A stretch of 64,000 bases of DNA from positions 32,001 through 96,000 of IMG/VR virus record IMGVR_UViG_3300032226_000551; one strand, given 5' to 3'. Below, in pieces: positions 59,003 through 64,000 of the stretch. Within the stretch, counting starts at the first letter, position 1. Each line of letters opens with the position of its first letter. The stretch comes from a virus. Lineage: Duplodnaviria > Caudoviricetes. Made by a program: the position numbers and the translations under genes. Below the pieces are notes generated by a model. The model was not told the origin of the DNA, searched no databases, and was given only the letters and a program-made list of their open reading frames with translations.

Positions 59003-61213
59003 TTAGGAAACTAGTTCTTCGAAATTTACTCCCGTTCTAGTTGCAATGAAATCTGCTAATATAAATTCAGCAGTTCTAACTGGTTGAATGTATATAGAAA
59101 CTCTCATTTCATTGTTGTCAATTGTTGATGGAGGATTGTTTCTTTCATCACATACAATTGTATAATCATATAAACCATCATTTAATCTAGCTTCATCAAA
59201 AAGAGGAGTCAATGATCCAATAACTCTGCTTCTGGTTGTAAAAGAATTAGGTTCGAATACAAACATTTTTAAAAGTTCTTGTGTTGTTTTTTCCAATGTT
59301 AAGAAAAGTCTACGAACATTAATTCTATCGAATGCGGATGGTTTACGATATAATGTTTTTTGTCCAAAGATAACATTTCCATCGTTTTGGAAGAATGCTA
59401 TTGGATTAATATTGATTTTATACATTAAATCTCTTTGTTTTTGAGTTGGATTTATTGCAATATCAATAACATTAGTCAATTTACCTCTAGTAAAACCAGC
59501 AGGAGCAGACCAAGGATATGATGTTTGAGCGGATTCGGCAAAAATAGCTGCAACATAACCAGATGCTGGAATCCAACACAATGAATCTGATGCAGAATCA
59601 CCAGTTTTTATCCAGTTACCATATGTTGCAACATAACTCGATTCAATACCACCATAAAGGTTTTTTAATGCCCAATAAATTTGCTGTGAGAAATTGAATT
59701 TTTTATTTTTTGATAATTTAGTATTTGATCCTTGAACAAATATGTTTCTTAATGGATCGGAAATAAACACATGGTCTTTTTTAGTCTTATCTGCAAATGT
59801 ATAAAATTGATTTATAACTCTTAAATACTCGTCTCTTGCTTTACAACTTGGATTTTGTCCAGTTGTATCATATAAACCAGTATTATCTCCTGTACCAGCT
59901 GTTAAATCTAAATTGTATAAATCATCGAAAATAGTTGGTTCAGATGAAAAAATAGGATCTTGTTTTCTAGTTCTAGCACTAGACCATATAGTGCCTAGTC
60001 CAGCTTCTACAACTACATCTAATTTTATGTTATCATCATTTTCCAAACATCTTAAAACTCTTTCAAGTTTATTAGGAATTTCTCCAACATCTTTAGAATT
60101 CTTATCTGTATCAGAGATATATACACCAATACCATATAAATTTCTAGCACCATTTGATACTCTTACTTTTTTAGATGGTATACCGCTACCATCAATCCAA
60201 CTACCAGTAGTTGAAATATAAGGGTTGGTTATAATTCTTATATTGTTAGATGTTGTATTTACAACATTATCTAAAAACGATGTTTTAGGTGTTCCACCAT
60301 TTGGATTATTCAATTGTCTTAAAGAATATAAAGAACCACTATGAGCTTCACTTACAATATAATCCAATGTAACGGTATCTTGTTTATAGATAGATGGTCT
60401 TATTTTGAAAAGCATTGTGGTTAAATAATCATTAAAAACATTAGATGAAAAATCATAACCACTTGGATAATTTTCTAGTATTTCTGATATGCTACCATTA
60501 GAATTAGAAACACCAGACAATGCAAAATTTAATCTATTCGTTGGAACAGTTACAAAATTTTGTGTAGTTCCATTCCCAGAAGCAAATGCTTTCATTCCTG
60601 TTATTGCATCAAAATTTGTATATGGATTATTATTATTGTTATCTGCAATACCAATATAATAACCATCATAAATATTGTTTATTGTTGTTTTTGCTTCATT
60701 TAATACGACAATACCACCATATCCAATTTTATTAAAATCTGTAATTGTTCCGGTATTATAACTACTTAACCATGCAACATCATTTGTTACTAACTTTTCA
60801 TATTGATCATCATCTAATAAAATAGAAACCGGATTTAAAATTTGATATTCCGTAGCCAATGAATAATCGGAGTTATTATTTGCACATATAGGAAATACTA
60901 ATGCACTATATTTATTAGAAAATCCATCTCCATAATTTTCTCCATATGGAAGTCTTGTTATTAAAAGATTAGCAGGGGATGTTGTTAAAATTTGTTTAGC
61001 GGAATGATATAAATATCTTTCAGCTGCATTAGTAGGTAGACCGAAAATAGATTCAAATTCAGATACACTAGTAATATTAACAACTTCGTCAGTTGGTCCT
61101 TGTGATGTAAAACCAGTAATGAAAATATTTGTTTCTCCTGTTGGTCTTGCTATTGCACTTAAATCAACTTCGTTAATTTGTACGCCGGGTGATGATATTG
61201 TTCTTGCTGCCAT
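59003..61213 (-). CDS. gp18: Tail sheath protein gp18
   Basis: SPGVQINEVDLS, PWSAPAGFTRG, FGQKTL, SAFDRINVRRLF, VCDERNN, IQPVRTAEFI. Confidence 0.97.
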   Translation of the reverse strand: MAARTISSPGVQINEVDLSAIARPTGETNIFITGFTSQGPTDEVVNITSVSEFESIFGLPTNAAERYLYHSAKQILTTSPANLLITRLPYGENYGDGFSNKYSALVFPICANNNSDYSLATEYQILNPVSILLDDDQYEKLVTNDVAWLSSYNTGTITDFNKIGYGGIVVLNEAKTTINNIYDGYYIGIADNNNNNPYTNFDAITGMKAFASGNGTTQNFVTVPTNRLNFALSGVSNSNGSISEILENYPSGYDFSSNVFNDYLTTMLFKIRPSIYKQDTVTLDYIVSEAHSGSLYSLRQLNNPNGGTPKTSFLDNVVNTTSNNIRIITNPYISTTGSWIDGSGIPSKKVRVSNGARNLYGIGVYISDTDKNSKDVGEIPNKLERVLRCLENDDNIKLDVVVEAGLGTIWSSARTRKQDPIFSSEPTIFDDLYNLDLTAGTGDNTGLYDTTGQNPSCKARDEYLRVINQFYTFADKTKKDHVFISDPLRNIFVQGSNTKLSKNKKFNFSQQIYWALKNLYGGIESSYVATYGNWIKTGDSASDSLCWIPASGYVAAIFAESAQTSYPWSAPAGFTRGKLTNVIDIAINPTQKQRDLMYKININPIAFFQNDGNVIFGQKTLYRKPSAFDRINVRRLFLTLEKTTQELLKMFVFEPNSFTTRSRVIGSLTPLFDEARLNDGLYDYTIVCDERNNPPSTIDNNEMRVSIYIQPVRTAEFILADFIATRTGVNFEELVS

Positions 61214-61293
61214 AATTGTATATCTATATTTATCTTTATTTTTTACCACTTTCCCAATAAATGTTTTATTCGTATTGTAGAGTAAGTAATAAT

Positions 61294-61575
61294 ATGAATA
61301 AATTCGATTTATGTGTATCAAAAATTTTAGAAGAAGCTGCAAAATGCACTGGACCTACTAAGAAAGCATCATCTGATCGTAAAGGTAAGAAATGGACTAA
61401 ATGTGCTAAACAATCTGATGGTTCTTATAAACGAATCCACTGGGGTCAAGCTGGTGTTAGAGTAACAGGAAAATCCGGAAACACAAAACGTAAAAAATCG
61501 TTTAAAGCGAGGCATAATTGTAGTCATGCTAAAAAAGGATCTCCCCAAGCAGCCGCTTGCTCAGATTGGCGATAG
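61294..61575 (+). CDS. Small basic protein, putative internal head/DNA-binding protein
   Basis: Leader MNKFDLCVSKILEEA; KRKKSFKARHNC motif; late motif 61283-61288. Confidence 0.7.
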   Translation: MNKFDLCVSKILEEAAKCTGPTKKASSDRKGKKWTKCAKQSDGSYKRIHWGQAGVRVTGKSGNTKRKKSFKARHNCSHAKKGSPQAAACSDWR

Positions 61576-61584
61576 CATTTGACG

Positions 61585-62391
61585 TTAAATAGGATTTATT
61601 TGTTTTGATATAAAAAATCCTTTATGTTTACATTGATTTCCTTTTTTATTAAATTTATTAAAAGTGTTTCTTAAATTTTTATAATCTATATCATTTTCTT
61701 TACAAAAAATAATTAATTTTCTAACTGCCACCAAACTTCCATCCGGTTTACAAACAGTGTAATATTTTGATCTAGAATTTGTTTTTTTTCTATTTTTTTC
61801 TCGTAATTCGTTTAAATGTTCCTTTATTCTTTTTTGTTTTCCACTATAATTCATTTTTAAATTATATTTTTTAATCCATTCCCTTAAAGTATTAGTAGTT
61901 AAGTTTAAGTTATCTGCTATATGTTTTAACATTACACCTTGATTTAGTTGATCTTCTAAAATTTTTATTTTATTTTCATTTCTTTTATATGTAGTTTTTA
62001 TCATAGTTTTTGCTTGTCTATCTTTCATATCTTTATAAAAATCTTCTCCGTATATTTTTTTTATTTCTTCTACATTTAATGGCTGAGTTCCACCATCCAA
62101 TAAATTACATAATGTTCCCTTTCCTTCTATTCTTTTACCATACGAATTTATTAATTCTAATTCCTTTTTTAATGCTTCTTGTTCTGTTAAATCATTTATT
62201 ATTATTTTTTCAGTAAAATCGAAACCATTATTAAAAATAGATTTTATTTTACAATATAAAAAGTAATTTGTAACCTTTCCCATTTTATAATTTTTTCTAT
62301 GATTTTTATATCTTTTATCTGTTCCTTTACCTATATAAAAAATTACACCATTTTCATCAAAAAGACCATACACATAATATTTTTTGTTCAT
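61585..62391 (-). mobile_element. Free-standing GIY-YIG homing endonuclease (Seg-like)
   Basis: YYVYGL...FYIGKG..R, EALKKE..LI, LCNLLDGG, HTH and C-terminal DNA-binding modules. Confidence 0.8.
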
Positions 62392-62475
62392 GAAAATACT
62401 TACCAATCTTTACAGGCAATATTTTATTTTTTTTTAAAAAAATGGAAATATAACATATAAACGATAAATAATATC

Positions 62476-62856
62476 ATGAATATGTTCGATTCAATTTTGG
62501 AAAAATATTTAAATGAAAATAATATTTTACAACAAATAGATGATTTAAAAAAAAGAGTATCACAAGCTCCACCTTTACAACAAAATGTGATTGGTGCTGC
62601 TGCTGAAGCAATGTCAGATGCTTCATCTAAAAAAGATCCAAAATTATTAGAACTAGCAAATAGCATTCAGGATAAAATTTTAAATAATAAACAAATCACA
62701 CCAGAAGAATTAGAAGTTTTAAGTAAAATTTTTCCAAAGGACGAAGAACAAACAGAAGATGAAAACGAAGAAGAAAGTTCATCAGTAATTAAATCTACCC
62801 CAAACATAAAAACATCACCATCATCTATTACAAATTCGACTAGTTATAAAGTATAA
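62476..62856 (+). CDS. Hypothetical protein, putative internal head protein
   Basis: Leader MNMFDSILEKYLNE; late motif 62465-62470. Confidence 0.6.
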   Translation: MNMFDSILEKYLNENNILQQIDDLKKRVSQAPPLQQNVIGAAAEAMSDASSKKDPKLLELANSIQDKILNNKQITPEELEVLSKIFPKDEEQTEDENEEESSSVIKSTPNIKTSPSSITNSTSYKV

Positions 62857-62861
62857 ATTTT

Positions 62862-63677
62862 ATGAGTAAAAAACGCCCCGTTAAAGGGATAGGAACAGCT
62901 GAAACGACTGCTGTTCAAAACGAAGATAATTCACCTTATGTTTTTCAAAAAGAAAAAATAAATTATGAATTACAAATTAAAGATTTGCCTTGGACAGACA
63001 AGCAAAAAGAAATAATAGCTACTTTTCTAGATAAAAAAACCAAAGTTTTACTATTAAAAGGACCAGCAGGAACATCCAAAACAACATTGGCAATGTATTG
63101 TGGGTTGACTCTTTTAAACAAAAAAAGAATTTCTGATCTTGTATTGGTTCGTTCGGCGGTAGAATCTTCGGATTCTAAACTTGGGTTTTTACCCGGTGAC
63201 ATCATGGACAAGTTTAATGTTTATCTAACACCATTTCACGATAAATTTTCAGAATTATTGAATAAATCTCAAGTCGATAGATTACAAAAAGACAATAGGA
63301 TTACTATTTGTCCTATCAATTTCGCAAGAGGTTTACATTTTTCTGCAAAATTTGTGTGTGCAGATGAGATTCAAAATTTTTCAAAAAGAGAGATTCACAC
63401 AATTATGAGCCGTATCGGTGAATTTTCTAAAGTTTTCCTATGTGGTGATCCAGAACAAAGCGATTTACCTGCTGGTAAATCTGGATTTAATAAAGTATAT
63501 GACCTTTTTAACAATGAAGAGGGAAGAGAACATGGTATTTTTTGCATGGAATTGACCGAAGAAGATATTGTTCGTTCCGAATTGTGTAAATATATCACAC
63601 AAAAATTTAAAGAATTACAGACAATCGATCAACAAAAGCAAGATAAAGATTGTTGGAAACCCTCTGAAGGAAAGTAA
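62862..63677 (+). CDS. phoH: PhoH-like ATPase
   Basis: GPAGTSKT, LGFLPG, FARG, ADEIQN, RIGE.SK...GDPEQSD, DIVRS. Confidence 0.92.
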   Translation: MSKKRPVKGIGTAETTAVQNEDNSPYVFQKEKINYELQIKDLPWTDKQKEIIATFLDKKTKVLLLKGPAGTSKTTLAMYCGLTLLNKKRISDLVLVRSAVESSDSKLGFLPGDIMDKFNVYLTPFHDKFSELLNKSQVDRLQKDNRITICPINFARGLHFSAKFVCADEIQNFSKREIHTIMSRIGEFSKVFLCGDPEQSDLPAGKSGFNKVYDLFNNEEGREHGIFCMELTEEDIVRSELCKYITQKFKELQTIDQQKQDKDCWKPSEGK

Positions 63678-63685
63678 ATATAACT

Positions 63686-63841
63686 ATGAATAACAATAAA
63701 CCAGAACATAAAACACTATCCAATATTCCAATCGGATGTACATTTTGCGGTGCAACGGTGCATGGTAAATTGGTAGCAAATCAAATTAGATGGGTGTGTC
63801 CTAGATGTTCAAATTTGGTTAAAGTCGGAAAACCAGAATAA
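63686..63841 (+). CDS. Small zinc-ribbon protein (51 aa, not in ORF track)
   Basis: MNNNKPEH...GCTFCG...WVCPRCSNLVKVGKPE*; TAAATA 63675-63680 five nt upstream. Confidence 0.65.
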   Translation: MNNNKPEHKTLSNIPIGCTFCGATVHGKLVANQIRWVCPRCSNLVKVGKPE

Positions 63842-64000
63842 TGATCGATTTGAAGAAAATATTAAACGAAGACGTTGGTAGTATCTGGTCGCCCAGACAG
63901 TATCAGGCTAGTAGTATGGCTCCCAGAAAGGATCAGGGACCATTATTTTCTCAAAAGGACGGAAAGAATTATCCGTATCAGAATAATTTCCCCGGTACGG
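63841..64000 (+). CDS. Hypothetical protein (3'-truncated by window edge)
   Basis: MIDLKKILNEDVGSIW... open to the end; TAATG overlap with previous ORF. Confidence 0.55.
   Translation, partial: MIDLKKILNEDVGSIWSPRQYQASSMAPRKDQGPLFSQKDGKNYPYQNNFPGT

Noticed and set aside
62862-63677. PhoH as a novel auxiliary metabolic gene
   Set aside because: Common in T4-like environmental phages; the GTSKT Walker A variant alone is not enough to claim novelty
1-64000. Alternative genetic code (stop reassignment)
   Set aside because: Core genes are full length in code 11 and TAA, TGA and TAG all end genes at expected positions
1-64000. tRNA genes, rRNA or CRISPR array
   Set aside because: Intergenic gaps are short; no cloverleaf/T-loop pattern or regularly spaced repeats seen by eye (tRNAscan-SE would be decisive)

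Overview
A 64-kb AT-rich segment of a T4-like (Tevenvirinae/Kyanoviridae-grade) myovirus genome in the standard genetic code. It carries head genes (gp4, gp21, gp22, gp23, gp16, and gp17 with an intein), tail/baseplate genes (gp25, gp18, gp19, gp54, gp48, gp53, gp26/51, gp27, gp3, a split gp5, a tape-measure-like gene), a holin-endolysin pair, replication/recombination genes (gp43, gp44, gp45, gp41, gp32, uvsX/Y/W, gp46/47, dNMP kinase), the late sigma factor gp55, PhoH and two free-standing homing endonucleases. The most notable items are: (1) an ~11-kb glycosyltransferase/methyltransferase/amino-sugar island wedged between gp47 and gp46, plus a GT-B gene next to the polymerase; (2) a genome-wide expression logic in which sigma70-type and late TAA(A/G)TA promoters sit directly against start codons with no obvious Shine-Dalgarno, several embedded in hairpins that hide the AUG; (3) a three-way-junction RNA leader in front of an HNH endonuclease; (4) an Ala1 class-3 intein in the terminase Walker A motif; (5) a family of small late proteins sharing a capsid-targeting-like N-terminal leader; (6) a gp5 with an M15 peptidase inserted in its OB fold; (7) orphan promoters firing antisense into the lysis cassette. 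No tRNA, rRNA or CRISPR array was seen. All family assignments are by motif recognition and synteny, not database search.
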